Origin: an uncultured Pelagibacteraceae bacterium
Lineage (GTDB): Bacteria; Pseudomonadota; Alphaproteobacteria; Pelagibacterales; Pelagibacteraceae
NCBI GenBank assembly: GCA_902592445.1
Contig: CACJEN010000004.1
Location: forward strand, 34,991 to 98,990
DNA: 64,000 nt
Direction of reading: 5' to 3'
The position numbers and the translations under genes were made by a program. This document shows positions 10,302 to 20,753 of this stretch, piece after piece. Every line of letters starts with the position of its first letter. Position 1 is the first letter of the stretch. The notes beneath the pieces are model-generated. The model saw nothing but the letters and a program-made list of their open reading frames with translations, was not told the DNA's origin and made no database searches.

Positions 10302-10317
10302 ATATATACTTTCACAA

Positions 10318-10929
10318 ATGAATATTGATATTAAATTACATAAGATTGATTTACCAGATGATTTAACCTTTAGTGACAAAATTGCTGTCGATTGTGAATT
10401 TATGGGATTAAATGTAGAAAGAGATAAACTGTGCCTAGTCCAAATCTCTAATGGAAATAACGATGCACATATCATTCAATTAGATAAAGAAAAATATAAT
10501 GCTCCAAATTTAAAAAAACTTTTAACAAATAAAAATATTAATAAAATTTTTCATTTTGCTAGAGCTGATATGCTTTTTATCAGAAAATATTTAGGCGTAA
10601 ATGTTGAAAATATAGACTGTTCAAAAATAGCTTCGAAGTTAGCTAGAACATTTTCTGACAAGCATGGGTTAAAAGACCTTATAAAGGAATTTATTGGAAT
10701 AGATGTAAGTAAACAATTGCAGACATCTGACTTTGGAGGAGAACTGTCAGAAAAACAGCTAAAATATTGTGCAAATGATGTGATATATTTACATAAAATT
10801 TTTAAGGGGCTTGAAAAAATACTTATCCGAGAAAAAAGAGTAGATTTATACAAAAGCACCATTAAGTTTATACCAACTAGGATCGATCTGGATATAGCTT
10901 CTTTTAAAGATGATATCTGGTCTCACTAA
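10318..10929 (+). CDS. rnd: Ribonuclease D-like 3'-5' exonuclease
   Basis: AVDCEFMGL, RDKLCLVQ, FHFARAD, YCANDV; start at 10318. Confidence 0.92.
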   Translation: MNIDIKLHKIDLPDDLTFSDKIAVDCEFMGLNVERDKLCLVQISNGNNDAHIIQLDKEKYNAPNLKKLLTNKNINKIFHFARADMLFIRKYLGVNVENIDCSKIASKLARTFSDKHGLKDLIKEFIGIDVSKQLQTSDFGGELSEKQLKYCANDVIYLHKIFKGLEKILIREKRVDLYKSTIKFIPTRIDLDIASFKDDIWSH

Positions 10930-11907
10930 ATGAGGAAAAAGAAATACAAAAATATTGCAAAACAAGTAATTCAAAATGAAATTGAAGGTTTAAAAAAGTT
11001 AAAATCTTCAATTGGATTTTCTTTTGAACAAATAATTCAAACTATATTAAATTGTAAAAATGGAAAAGTGATTGTATCAGGTGTTGGAAAAAGTGGAATT
11101 ATAAGTAAAAAATGGGCTGCAACTTTTTCATCAACTGGAACTCCTTCATTTTTTATGGACGCCTCTAACGCATCTCACGGTGATATGGGTCAAATTAATT
11201 CAAATGATATTGTAATATTGATTAGTTTAAGTGGATCATCCGCTGAATTAAAAAACATAATTCAATTTTGTTCGAGAAATAGAAGTATCAAACTAATTGG
11301 TATTACTTCGAATAAAAATTCAATATTGTATAAAAATTCGGATATAAAGGTTTTAATTCCATACGTAAAAGAGGCTGGACCTGGGAACTTTGTTCCAACC
11401 GCAAGTACAACAAACCAGCTTGCGCTTGGTGATGCTATAGCAATAGCTTGCATGATGGGAAAAAAATTTGATAAATTAGATTTTAAAAAATATCACCCAT
11501 CGGGATCTCTGGGCTCTAAGTTAAAAACAGTTGAAGATATAATGCTTACAGGAAATAAAATTCCTTTTGTTAAAGAAAATATTACAATGCAAAATGCTTT
11601 GAATATTATCTCAAAGAAAGGTTTAGGAGTCCTTTTTGTGAGGAGAAACAAATTCACTACTGGAATTTTAACTGATGGAGATATCAAAAGAATTAGTCAG
11701 AAAAATTTGAATTTTCACAGACTAAAAATTAATTCGGTTATGAAAAAAAATCCAATTAGTGTAGAAAAGGATACTTTAGCTGCAAAGGCTCTTGAAATTA
11801 TGAATACTAACCGTATTACAAGTTTATGTGTTCATAGTGGGAAACGAAAAAAACTTACCATTGGAATTATACATATTCACAACATTCTCAACGCTAATAT
11901 TAGTTAA
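10930..11907 (+). CDS. kdsD: Arabinose-5-phosphate isomerase (KpsF/GutQ)
   Basis: SIS motif GVGKSG, ASHGDMG, PTAST, tandem CBS domains. Confidence 0.94.
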   Translation: MRKKKYKNIAKQVIQNEIEGLKKLKSSIGFSFEQIIQTILNCKNGKVIVSGVGKSGIISKKWAATFSSTGTPSFFMDASNASHGDMGQINSNDIVILISLSGSSAELKNIIQFCSRNRSIKLIGITSNKNSILYKNSDIKVLIPYVKEAGPGNFVPTASTTNQLALGDAIAIACMMGKKFDKLDFKKYHPSGSLGSKLKTVEDIMLTGNKIPFVKENITMQNALNIISKKGLGVLFVRRNKFTTGILTDGDIKRISQKNLNFHRLKINSVMKKNPISVEKDTLAAKALEIMNTNRITSLCVHSGKRKKLTIGIIHIHNILNANIS

Positions 11908-12666
11908 ATGTCTTTAAAGTCATTAATACAGTTAGTTATTTTAATTACTATTTTCATTATACTTGGAGGTGTTTATTTAAAATATTTTGCTAAAGAAAAA
12001 ATTTCAGTGACTCAAACCCTACAAATAACTGAAAAAGAAAACTCTAAGAATTTAAAGGAGAAAAATCAAAATAATAATATAGCTGAACTTGTAGAATTGT
12101 CTGATGAGGAAAAATCAAAACAGGAGGGAAATGTTGGTAAAAATCAAGATGATTTAATAATCGCACAGAAAGAAAAAACTAATACTGGGAATATCAAACC
12201 TAAAGTAGTTGAAAAAAATACCGATATCTCAAATATTGTAAAAGATGTAGAATACTTAACTACTGATAAAAACGGTAATAAATATAGAATTCTAGCAAGA
12301 TCTGGGAGAACCAGTAAAAACGACAAGGATATTTTAGATCTTGATAATGTTAAAGGTGAGATAAGCTCTAAAAAAAGATCAACCATTGTAATAGTATCAG
12401 AATTTGCAGAATATAATTCATCAACTCTTGGATCTAAATTTTACAAAAATGTAGTAATAAACTATGAGGATAAGCAAATAACTTGTGAAAATTTTGATAT
12501 AAATATGAATACAAACATTGCAATAGCCTATAATAATGTTGTAGTAACCGACCCTAAATCGACTATGAAAGCTGGTAAGATAACCTTAGACATAGAGACA
12601 AAAGAAATAAATATAAATCCAGATACAGATAAAATAAATAAGGTAAAAATTAAAACCAAACAATAA
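11908..12666 (+). CDS. lptC: LptC-like LPS export protein
   Basis: N-terminal TM anchor, beta-rich C-terminal half, position between kdsD and lptB. Confidence 0.7.
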   Translation: MSLKSLIQLVILITIFIILGGVYLKYFAKEKISVTQTLQITEKENSKNLKEKNQNNNIAELVELSDEEKSKQEGNVGKNQDDLIIAQKEKTNTGNIKPKVVEKNTDISNIVKDVEYLTTDKNGNKYRILARSGRTSKNDKDILDLDNVKGEISSKKRSTIVIVSEFAEYNSSTLGSKFYKNVVINYEDKQITCENFDINMNTNIAIAYNNVVVTDPKSTMKAGKITLDIETKEININPDTDKINKVKIKTKQ

Positions 12667-13442
12667 TGGCAGTAATTAAAAAATTTAGGATTAAAAGTTT
12701 TAAAGAGGAAGAAACTCTAGTTGAATTAAAAAAAGTATCAATGTTTTATAATAAAAGACAAATATTAAATAATCTAAATTTAAAAATTAATAAAAATGAG
12801 GTGCTAGGAATGCTTGGTCCAAATGGTGTTGGAAAATCTACAATTTTTCACATCATCACAGGATTGAAAGATCCTAGTTATGGGAATGTTTTAATTAATA
12901 ATATAGATTGTACAAATATTCCAATTTATGAAAGAGCAACTAGATTTAAACTTGGGTATGTTCCTCAACATGGAGGCTTTATTCAAGATTTAAATCTTTA
13001 TGAAAATTTAAAACTTGTAGCTGAAATTCATATTAAGGAAAAAGATCTTAGGCAAACAAAAATTGAAAAAATTGTTTCCCAGTTTGAATTTGACTCACTT
13101 TTAAAAATTAAAGCTAAACATTTATCAGGAGGTCAAAAGAAAAAATTAGTTATTGCAATGGCGTTAATAAATGATCCAAATATTTTACTTCTTGATGAGC
13201 CTTTCGCAGCTTTAGATATATTAACAATAAAAATGTTACAGGAAATTATTGTTAATTTACAATCAATAGAAAGAATCACAGTGGTTGTATGTGACCACCA
13301 AGCAAGAGATCTTTTGAGCTGTGTTGATAGAGCAATTGTATTATCAAATGGGAAGATAATTGCGTCTGGAAGTCCAAATGAAATAGTTAATGATACAAGT
13401 GCAAGATCAGCTTATTTTGGTGATGAATTTAAAATAAATTAA
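12666..13442 (+). CDS. lptB: LPS export ABC ATPase
   Basis: GPNGVGKST, LGYVPQ, LSGGQ, LLDEPFA; kdsD-lptC context. Confidence 0.9.
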   Translation: MAVIKKFRIKSFKEEETLVELKKVSMFYNKRQILNNLNLKINKNEVLGMLGPNGVGKSTIFHIITGLKDPSYGNVLINNIDCTNIPIYERATRFKLGYVPQHGGFIQDLNLYENLKLVAEIHIKEKDLRQTKIEKIVSQFEFDSLLKIKAKHLSGGQKKKLVIAMALINDPNILLLDEPFAALDILTIKMLQEIIVNLQSIERITVVVCDHQARDLLSCVDRAIVLSNGKIIASGSPNEIVNDTSARSAYFGDEFKIN

Positions 13443-13449
13443 TTCATAA

Positions 13450-14775
13450 ATGCCAAATCAGATAAAAATATTTAATAGAATTAATTCATTCGACAAAACT
13501 ATAGAAGTAACATCAGATAAAAGTCTTTCTATCAGAGCAATATTGTTAGCAAGTCAAGCAATTGGGGTATCTACAATAACCAATTTACTTGAATCAGAAG
13601 ATGTATTAAATGCAATCAAATCAATAAAAAAATTAGGTATTGAATGTAAAAAAATTGGTAATCAATATAAAATTCTTGGATATGGTTTAAATGGATTCAA
13701 TATTAAAAAAAATACTACAATAAATGCAGGAAACTCTGGAACACTCGCACGATTAATTTTAGGTTTATTAGTAAAATCAGAAAAAACTGTTAAAATTGTT
13801 GGGGACAAAAGCCTGTCAAAAAGAGATTTTTCAAGAGTTACTGAGCCACTAAAAAAATTTGGAACAAATATAATTTCAAAAAATAATTCTTTGCCGGTTA
13901 AAATATTAGGATCTAATTTTTTAAGACCAATAAATTATTTTGAAAGAAAGGGAAGTGCACAATGTAAGAGTGCGGTTATGCTTGCAGCTTTAAATACTCC
14001 TGGAACCACAATTATTAAAGCAAAAAAATCAAGGAATCATACTGAAATTTTATTCAAGTATTTAAAATTACCAATTAATATTAAATCAAAGGGAAATTTT
14101 GATTTTATAGAAGTTACTGGATTAAAACAATTTAATGCATTCAATTATATAGTGCCAGGTGATATTAGCTCTAGTGCTTTTTTTATTGTTTTAACTACCC
14201 TTTCAAAGAACTCAAAAATTAAAATTAAAAACATAAATATTAATAAAAGTAGAATAGGAATAATTAAAATTTTAAAAAAAATGAATTGTAAAATAATTTT
14301 AAAAAATAAAAAAATATACAAAGGCGAAGAGACAGCAGATATAGTCGTCGAAAGTTCAGTAAATATTAAAGGTATTAGTTGTCCTTCATCTTTAAATAGT
14401 GCTGCCATCGATGAGTTCTTGGTTATTTTTTTAATAGCAGCAAAAGCAAAAGGAATATCTACCTTTAAAAACTTGGGCGAATTAAACAAGAAAGAAAGTC
14501 CAAGATTAGATATTGCTGTGGATGTTCTCAAAAATATTGGTATTAAAGTTGAAAGAAAAAATGATAACATTAAAGTGTTTGGCAATCCAAATCTTAAAAT
14601 TAAAAGAAATATTCATATTAAAAACTTTTTAAAAGATCATAGAGTGTTTATGATGTCTTGTATTGCAGCTTTATCATTTGGAGGAAATTGGAAAATTGAT
14701 GATAAAGACTCTATTAATACATCTTTTCCTATATTTTTAAATTTATTAAAAAAACTTGGAGCTAAGATTAATTGA
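13450..14775 (+). CDS. aroA: EPSP synthase
   Basis: DKSLSIRA, GNSGTLARL, SAQCKSA, RNHTE, KES.R, DHR. Confidence 0.95.
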   Translation: MPNQIKIFNRINSFDKTIEVTSDKSLSIRAILLASQAIGVSTITNLLESEDVLNAIKSIKKLGIECKKIGNQYKILGYGLNGFNIKKNTTINAGNSGTLARLILGLLVKSEKTVKIVGDKSLSKRDFSRVTEPLKKFGTNIISKNNSLPVKILGSNFLRPINYFERKGSAQCKSAVMLAALNTPGTTIIKAKKSRNHTEILFKYLKLPINIKSKGNFDFIEVTGLKQFNAFNYIVPGDISSSAFFIVLTTLSKNSKIKIKNININKSRIGIIKILKKMNCKIILKNKKIYKGEETADIVVESSVNIKGISCPSSLNSAAIDEFLVIFLIAAKAKGISTFKNLGELNKKESPRLDIAVDVLKNIGIKVERKNDNIKVFGNPNLKIKRNIHIKNFLKDHRVFMMSCIAALSFGGNWKIDDKDSINTSFPIFLNLLKKLGAKIN

Positions 14776-15467
14776 AAATAATTAAAAAGATTAAATTTAA
14801 AATTTCAGCTGATGGAAGTAGTGCATCTGGAAAAACTACTGCTAGTAAATTAATTGCAAAGAAATTTAAAATGAGATTTCTCTCTAGTGGAATTTTGTAT
14901 AGATTTTGCGCTCTTAAAACTATAGAAAACAACAACAAATATAATGCGAAGTTGATTAAAAAAATTGTAAAATCAATAACTTTAAAAAAATTAGATAATA
15001 AAAAACTTTATAACCCTGAAGTAACAAGACTTTCGTCAATAATTGCTAAAAAACCTTTCGTTAGAAATGCACTTAAGAGTTTTCAAAAGAATTTTATTAA
15101 AAAATCTAGTTTGGTAGTTGTTGAAGGTAGAGACATCGGCACTAAGATAATGCCCAATGCAGATCTTAAACTTTTCTTCACATGTTCTACTAAAGAAAAA
15201 GCAAAAAGAAGATTAAAAGAATTTAAATCTTTAGACCAAAAGATATCACTAAATCAAGTTGAAAAAGCCTTGATTCTGAGGGATAAAGAAGACACCGAAA
15301 GAAAAATAAGTCCCTTGATTAAAGCAAAAAATGCTGTATTAGTCGACACCACTAAATTATCTTTAAAACAAATGGAGGCAAAACTAATTAATTTAGTAAA
15401 GAATTCGATTAAAAAAAAATATGGAAATTTACAAAGATCTAAACTCACCAGCCACAAAACAGTTTGA
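14772..15467 (+). CDS. cmk: Cytidylate kinase
   Basis: DGSSASGKTT, SGILYR, VEGRDIGT. Confidence 0.95.
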   Translation: MKIIKKIKFKISADGSSASGKTTASKLIAKKFKMRFLSSGILYRFCALKTIENNNKYNAKLIKKIVKSITLKKLDNKKLYNPEVTRLSSIIAKKPFVRNALKSFQKNFIKKSSLVVVEGRDIGTKIMPNADLKLFFTCSTKEKAKRRLKEFKSLDQKISLNQVEKALILRDKEDTERKISPLIKAKNAVLVDTTKLSLKQMEAKLINLVKNSIKKKYGNLQRSKLTSHKTV

Positions 15468-17151
15468 AAAATTATTAAATAGTCAATTATCCAAAAATAA
15501 AATTGAAGAAGGAAAAATTATTGAGGGTAAAATTACTAAAATCACAGATAAATATGTATTTCTTTTTATACCAGGTTTAAAAAGTGAACCAGTAATAGAT
15601 ATAAATGAAATGAAAATAATCGGTATGCAAGATAAAGTTGTTGAAGGTGCAACTTTATCTGTTCTGCTTGAAAAAATAGAGGATAAAAACGGTGATGTTG
15701 TAGTATCTGCACAAAAAGCCCAAAAAATAAAAGGTTGGTACGAGCTGGAGAAGGCTTATGATGAAGATCAACCAATTAATGGAAAGATTATATCTAAATG
15801 TAAAGGTGGAGTTATTGTAGAACATTTAGAAACGGGTTCATTAATGTTTTGTCCAGGATCACAGATTTCAGATAAACCAATGAAAAGCATAGACCATTTG
15901 ATTGGAGTAGAGCAAAAGTTTGCTATTATTAAATTAGATAAAATTAGAGGGAATGCCTGTGTATCTAGAAGACAAATAGTATCCTCACATAAAAAAGAGG
16001 ATAAAGCTAAAATTATAGAGAAATTTAAGGTTGGAGATATAATTAAGGGAGCAGTAGTAAAAGGTTACTCGTCTTTTGGATGTTTCTTTGAAGTAAATAA
16101 CGAAATAGATGTACTAGTTCACTTACAAGAAATTTCATATTCAAGAGTAAATCACCCAGATGAAATTTTCAATATTGGCGAAAAACACGACCTGAAGATT
16201 ATTTCTATTGACATGGAAAAACTACAAATTGGATGTTCAATTAAACAACTATCTCCTGATCCTTTTGAGCATATTTCAAACTACGAAACTGGAAAACCCT
16301 ATAAGGTTAAAGTTGTAAAAATAACTGATTATGGATGTTTTTGTGAATTAGAGCCTGGTTTAAGCACACTATTGCATAGCAGTGAGATTAGTTGGACAAA
16401 AAAAAATATTTCCCCAAAAAAACTTTTTAAAGTAAATGATCAAATTGAATGTGTAATTACAGAAATAGATAAAGATAAAAGAAGAGTTGCAATATCACAC
16501 AGATTAACAACTGAAAATCCTTTCACAACCCTAGAAAATAAATATCCTACTGGATCTGATATTGATGGAACAGTAACTAGCGCAAATGAATACGCGTTAT
16601 ACGTCAAATTAGGAGAGTTTGATATTGATGGCTTCTTACACTCAAATGATCTTTCTTATACTGGCAAACCAGAGGATGAACTAAAGAAACATAAGAAGGG
16701 GGATAAACTCAGAGTAAAAATTTTAGAAATTAAAAAAGATGAACAAAAAGTAAGAGTTGGGCTAAAGCAATTAGATAAAGATCCATTTGATTGGTTCAAT
16801 GATAAAAAAATTAATGAAACTATTACAGTCCAAGTTGTTTCATCAGATAGTAAAGGTTTAATGGTTAAGCCAGAGGGGTGTAACCTAGATTTTTTAATTA
16901 AAAAATCTCAAATTGCAGTTAATACTGCAGATGCAAGACCATCTAGATTTGTTGGAGGAGAAAGAATTGATGCAGCTATAGCTGAATTAAATTTTGACAA
17001 AAGAAAAGTTAGTTTAAGTATTAAATTACTTGAAGAACTTCAAAATAAAGAAGCGGTAGATAAATTCAGTTCACCCCTTTCAGGAAAAAATCTTCCATTT
17101 TCATCGCTTTCCGAGAAATTAGATGATAAAAAGAAAAAAGAAACTGAATAA
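15421..17151 (+). CDS. rpsA: 30S ribosomal protein S1
   Basis: Repeated S1 domains (L.H..E.S); aroA-cmk-rpsA-ihfB order. Confidence 0.96.
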   Translation: MEIYKDLNSPATKQFEKLLNSQLSKNKIEEGKIIEGKITKITDKYVFLFIPGLKSEPVIDINEMKIIGMQDKVVEGATLSVLLEKIEDKNGDVVVSAQKAQKIKGWYELEKAYDEDQPINGKIISKCKGGVIVEHLETGSLMFCPGSQISDKPMKSIDHLIGVEQKFAIIKLDKIRGNACVSRRQIVSSHKKEDKAKIIEKFKVGDIIKGAVVKGYSSFGCFFEVNNEIDVLVHLQEISYSRVNHPDEIFNIGEKHDLKIISIDMEKLQIGCSIKQLSPDPFEHISNYETGKPYKVKVVKITDYGCFCELEPGLSTLLHSSEISWTKKNISPKKLFKVNDQIECVITEIDKDKRRVAISHRLTTENPFTTLENKYPTGSDIDGTVTSANEYALYVKLGEFDIDGFLHSNDLSYTGKPEDELKKHKKGDKLRVKILEIKKDEQKVRVGLKQLDKDPFDWFNDKKINETITVQVVSSDSKGLMVKPEGCNLDFLIKKSQIAVNTADARPSRFVGGERIDAAIAELNFDKRKVSLSIKLLEELQNKEAVDKFSSPLSGKNLPFSSLSEKLDDKKKKETE

Positions 17152-17160
17152 AAAATTAAA

Positions 17161-17451
17161 TTGTCAGTAGCAAAATCAGACCTAATCAAAGAATTAACAG
17201 ATAACTACCCAAATTTTCTCAAAAAGGACTTAACTAAATTGGTTGATATAATTCTTATTGAAATGCAAGACACATTAAAGCGTGGGGAAAGAGTTGAATT
17301 AAGAGATATTTTCACTTTAGATCCAAAAATACAAAAAGAAGGTATAAGACGAAATCCGAAAACTGGTGAAAAAGTGTTTGTAAAAGAAAAAAAGAGTATT
17401 TTATTTAAAATTTCAAAAGAATGGGCCAACAAGATAAATGAAAAAGAATAA
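17161..17451 (+). CDS. ihfB: Integration host factor beta / HU family protein
   Basis: KSDLI, GERVELR, RNPKTGEKV; TTG start; follows rpsA. Confidence 0.88.
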   Translation: MSVAKSDLIKELTDNYPNFLKKDLTKLVDIILIEMQDTLKRGERVELRDIFTLDPKIQKEGIRRNPKTGEKVFVKEKKSILFKISKEWANKINEKE

Positions 17452-18109
17452 GATATTTGTTGCATGTGATACTAAAAATATAAAAAAAATTAGAGAAATA
17501 ATTAATATAACTCAAAGTTCTAATTTAAACGTTGGATATAAATTTGGTCTTGAGTTTTTAAATTCAAAAAATGGAAGAACTTTTGTTTCAAAAATAAAAA
17601 ATAAAACTATTTTTGCTGACTTAAAACTTCACGACATCCCGAATACCTGTGCATCTACAATTAAAGCATTAAAAGATTTAAAAGTAAATTATTTAACGAT
17701 GCATATAAGTTCTGGTTTAGATGCCCTTAGAGCTGCTAAAAAAGTATCAGGAAAAATTAAATTAATCGGTGTAACAATTTTAACCTCATTAGACAATAAG
17801 GCTTTGAAAGAAATTGGATTTAATAAGGATGTTAAAAAATTAGTTCGTCATCAAGCAAGATTAGCAAGTAAGGCTAAACTTGATGCCATAGTGTGTAGCG
17901 CCCAAGAAGTGAAAATAGTAAAAAAGGTCTTTAAAAAAGAAATAATAACTCCTGGGATAAGATTAAGTTCAAATAAAAATGATCAAAAAAGAACTTTAAC
18001 CCCAAAACAAGCATTTAAAAATGGGAGTGATTGGCTAGTTATAGGAAGACCCATTACAAAAGGTAATATTAAAAAAAATATCCAAACATTAATAAAACAC
18101 TTAAATTAA
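17438..18109 (+). CDS. pyrF: Orotidine 5'-phosphate decarboxylase
   Basis: DLKLHDIPNT, VTILTS, TPGIR, VIGRPIT. Confidence 0.96.
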   Translation: MKKNKIFVACDTKNIKKIREIINITQSSNLNVGYKFGLEFLNSKNGRTFVSKIKNKTIFADLKLHDIPNTCASTIKALKDLKVNYLTMHISSGLDALRAAKKVSGKIKLIGVTILTSLDNKALKEIGFNKDVKKLVRHQARLASKAKLDAIVCSAQEVKIVKKVFKKEIITPGIRLSSNKNDQKRTLTPKQAFKNGSDWLVIGRPITKGNIKKNIQTLIKHLN

Positions 18110-18110
18110 A

Positions 18111-18734
18111 ATGGATGCAAAGATTTGTGGTGTTAAAGATCCAAAAACTTTAGAATACATAATTAATCATAATTACCCCCCAAAGTTTATAGGATTTATT
18201 GCTAATTACCCAAAATCAAAAAGGTATTTAAAATTTAATCAACTCAAGGAAATTTTAAATATTGATAAAAAAAATATCAACTTTGTTTGTGTGTTAGTCG
18301 ATCCTGATGACGAAATACTTAAAAAAATAAGTAAGTTAAGTTTTGATTATCTCCAACTCTATAAAGTTTCACCAGATAGGACAAAAAGAATAAAAGAAAT
18401 ATTTAATATAAAAATAATAACCGCTCTCACAATAGAGAATATTAATGATGTTTTGATTTATAAACAATATGAAAAAATTTCTGATATAATTTTATTTGAC
18501 AGTAAAGGTTACGAAAAATCTATTGGCTTTGATCATGAACTGCTAAATGAAGTACCCACATCAATAAAAAAAATGTTAGCCGGCAACATAAATTATAATG
18601 ATAAGCTTGCCAAATATATTAAAATAGCAGATATTATTGATATTTCAGGAAGCTTGGAAACCTCTGGAGAAAAAGATATTTCTAAAATTAATATTTTTTT
18701 AAATAATATGAAAAGATTAAATGATGAAACTTAA
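18111..18734 (+). CDS. trpF: Phosphoribosylanthranilate isomerase
   Basis: AKICGV, LFDS, MLAG, DISGSLE; upstream of trpB. Confidence 0.9.
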   Translation: MDAKICGVKDPKTLEYIINHNYPPKFIGFIANYPKSKRYLKFNQLKEILNIDKKNINFVCVLVDPDDEILKKISKLSFDYLQLYKVSPDRTKRIKEIFNIKIITALTIENINDVLIYKQYEKISDIILFDSKGYEKSIGFDHELLNEVPTSIKKMLAGNINYNDKLAKYIKIADIIDISGSLETSGEKDISKINIFLNNMKRLNDET

Positions 18735-19956
18735 AAAAAATATTCCACTTATCGATCAACATGATAAATTTGGCTTCTGGGGCGGTAAATTTGGTGGAAG
18801 TTATATCCCTGAAACATTAAAGAAACCTGTAGATGACCTTACAAAAGAATTCTCTAAATTAAGAAAAAATAAAAGCTTCATAAAAAAAAGGGATTTTTAT
18901 TTCAATAATTACATTGGTGCACCTACTCGTTTTATTAAATTAGAAAATCTTTCTAAGCATTTAGGTGGAGCTCAAATTTGGGCTAAAGTAGTTTCTGACG
19001 CAAATGGTGGTGCTCACAAAATATATAATGCTACCGTTCATGCTTTGCTTTGTAAAAGTATGGGAAAAAAATACATTGTTGGAGATACTGGGGCAGGATA
19101 CGCAGGCAAAATGTTAAGCATGGCTGCAAAAAAATTTGGACTTAAATGTAAAATATTTATGGGTGCTAAAGATATTAAACGTCAAAAGCCAAATTGTGAT
19201 GCTATGAAAAAAAATGGTGCTGAGATTGTTCCGGTTACAACAGGAAGTCAAACTTTAGTGGATGCAGTTAGTGAATGTATGAGATATTGGGTATCAAATT
19301 GTGATACTACTCATATGTGTGTGGGCTCTACAGTTGGTCCAAATATATTTGTAAAAATTTGTGGCTGGAGCACAGCTCAAATTTCAAGAGAATTAAAAAA
19401 GCAAATTAAAATTCAATTTAAAAAAATTCCAAAAAAAATTAAATTGATTAATTGTGTTGGTGGTGGGAGTTCAGCTTATGGATTCTGGAGCGAATTTATC
19501 GATTTTCCGAAGTCACAAATTGAATTAATAGGCGTTGAAGCGGGAGGTCCAAAAAACTCAAAATTACATGCCGCTCCATTAAGCAGGGGTGCAAAATTAG
19601 GGGTACTGCATGGAGCAGCTTCTTATGTTTGTCAAAATAACGATGGACAAATAAATGAGACAGAATCTATAAGTGCTGGATTGGATTATCCAGGGGTAAG
19701 TCCAATTCACTGTTTTTTGAAAGATACAAAAAGAGCAAGATATACATATGCAACAGATGAAGATGCATTGAATGCCTATAAACTTGTTACAAAATTCGAA
19801 AAACTTAACCCAAGTTTAGAGCCCAGTCACGCATTTGCAGAGGCAATTAGGATTGCCCCAAGGTTAAATAAAGATACTGTCATAATTGTAAACTCATGTG
19901 GAGATGCCAAAAAGGATAGAGATATTTTGAAAAAAAGATTGGGAAAAAGAATATGA
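18721..19956 (+). CDS. trpB: Tryptophan synthase beta chain (divergent)
   Basis: G.FGG.YIPE, GAHK PLP lysine, SISAGLDYPGV, LEPSHA; trpF-trpB-trpA order. Confidence 0.9.
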   Translation: MMKLKKNIPLIDQHDKFGFWGGKFGGSYIPETLKKPVDDLTKEFSKLRKNKSFIKKRDFYFNNYIGAPTRFIKLENLSKHLGGAQIWAKVVSDANGGAHKIYNATVHALLCKSMGKKYIVGDTGAGYAGKMLSMAAKKFGLKCKIFMGAKDIKRQKPNCDAMKKNGAEIVPVTTGSQTLVDAVSECMRYWVSNCDTTHMCVGSTVGPNIFVKICGWSTAQISRELKKQIKIQFKKIPKKIKLINCVGGGSSAYGFWSEFIDFPKSQIELIGVEAGGPKNSKLHAAPLSRGAKLGVLHGAASYVCQNNDGQINETESISAGLDYPGVSPIHCFLKDTKRARYTYATDEDALNAYKLVTKFEKLNPSLEPSHAFAEAIRIAPRLNKDTVIIVNSCGDAKKDRDILKKRLGKRI

Positions 19957-20753
19957 TTGACCCAATAAAATTGGCCTTTAAAAATGCAAAAGAAAAAAAA
20001 AGACCAGCTTTATTAACCTACACCGTAGCAGGCGATAACACTAAGAAGAAATCTCTACAAATATTAAAATCCATTTCAAAGTATGTTGATATTTGTGAAA
20101 TTGGATTTCCTCACAACACACCAATAGCTGATGGAGGTCAAATTCAGACAAGTGCATATAGAGCACTGAAAAATGGATTAAAAATTTCTGATGTATTTCA
20201 AATAGTTAAAGACTTTAAAAAATCAAAAAATTCAAAACCTGTAATATTGATGGGTTATTACAATATGATTTATCAATATGGGAAAAATAATTTTATAAAC
20301 AAATGTAAGACTTCTGGAGTAAATGGATTAATTGTTGTTGATTTACCTTGGCCAGAAAATAAAGGATTTGCAAAAAAATGTAAATCTAAAGCTATTAGCT
20401 TTGTTCAATTACTATCTCCTACTACATCCAAAGAAAGACTAAAAAAAATAATAAAAGATTCTCATGATATGATTTACTATATAAGCATGTTATCAACTAC
20501 AGGAGGTAAGCTTAAAGTATCCCCAAAACAAATTTTAAATAATTATAGTAAAATAAAAAAAATTGATCCAAAAAAGAATTGTGTAATTGGCTTTGGAATA
20601 ACTGAAAAAACTATTGCCAATTTAAGATCTGCCGATGGATTGGTAGTTGGAAGTGCTATTTGCAAAGAAATTACAAGGAGTTTAAACAATAGACAAAATC
20701 CTGTCACAAATGTAAGTAAGCTAGTGGCTAAATTAAAAAATAAAATTTCATGA
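19953..20753 (+). CDS. trpA: Tryptophan synthase alpha chain
   Basis: EIGFP...ADG..IQ, LMGYYN, VDLP, GFGI, VVGSA. Confidence 0.94.
   Translation: MIDPIKLAFKNAKEKKRPALLTYTVAGDNTKKKSLQILKSISKYVDICEIGFPHNTPIADGGQIQTSAYRALKNGLKISDVFQIVKDFKKSKNSKPVILMGYYNMIYQYGKNNFINKCKTSGVNGLIVVDLPWPENKGFAKKCKSKAISFVQLLSPTTSKERLKKIIKDSHDMIYYISMLSTTGGKLKVSPKQILNNYSKIKKIDPKKNCVIGFGITEKTIANLRSADGLVVGSAICKEITRSLNNRQNPVTNVSKLVAKLKNKIS

Noticed and set aside
10243-10475. Apparent 233-bp head-to-head overlap of rnd and the NDUFA9-like ORF
   Set aside because: Artefact of longest-ORF calling; family motifs start at 10318 and 10301
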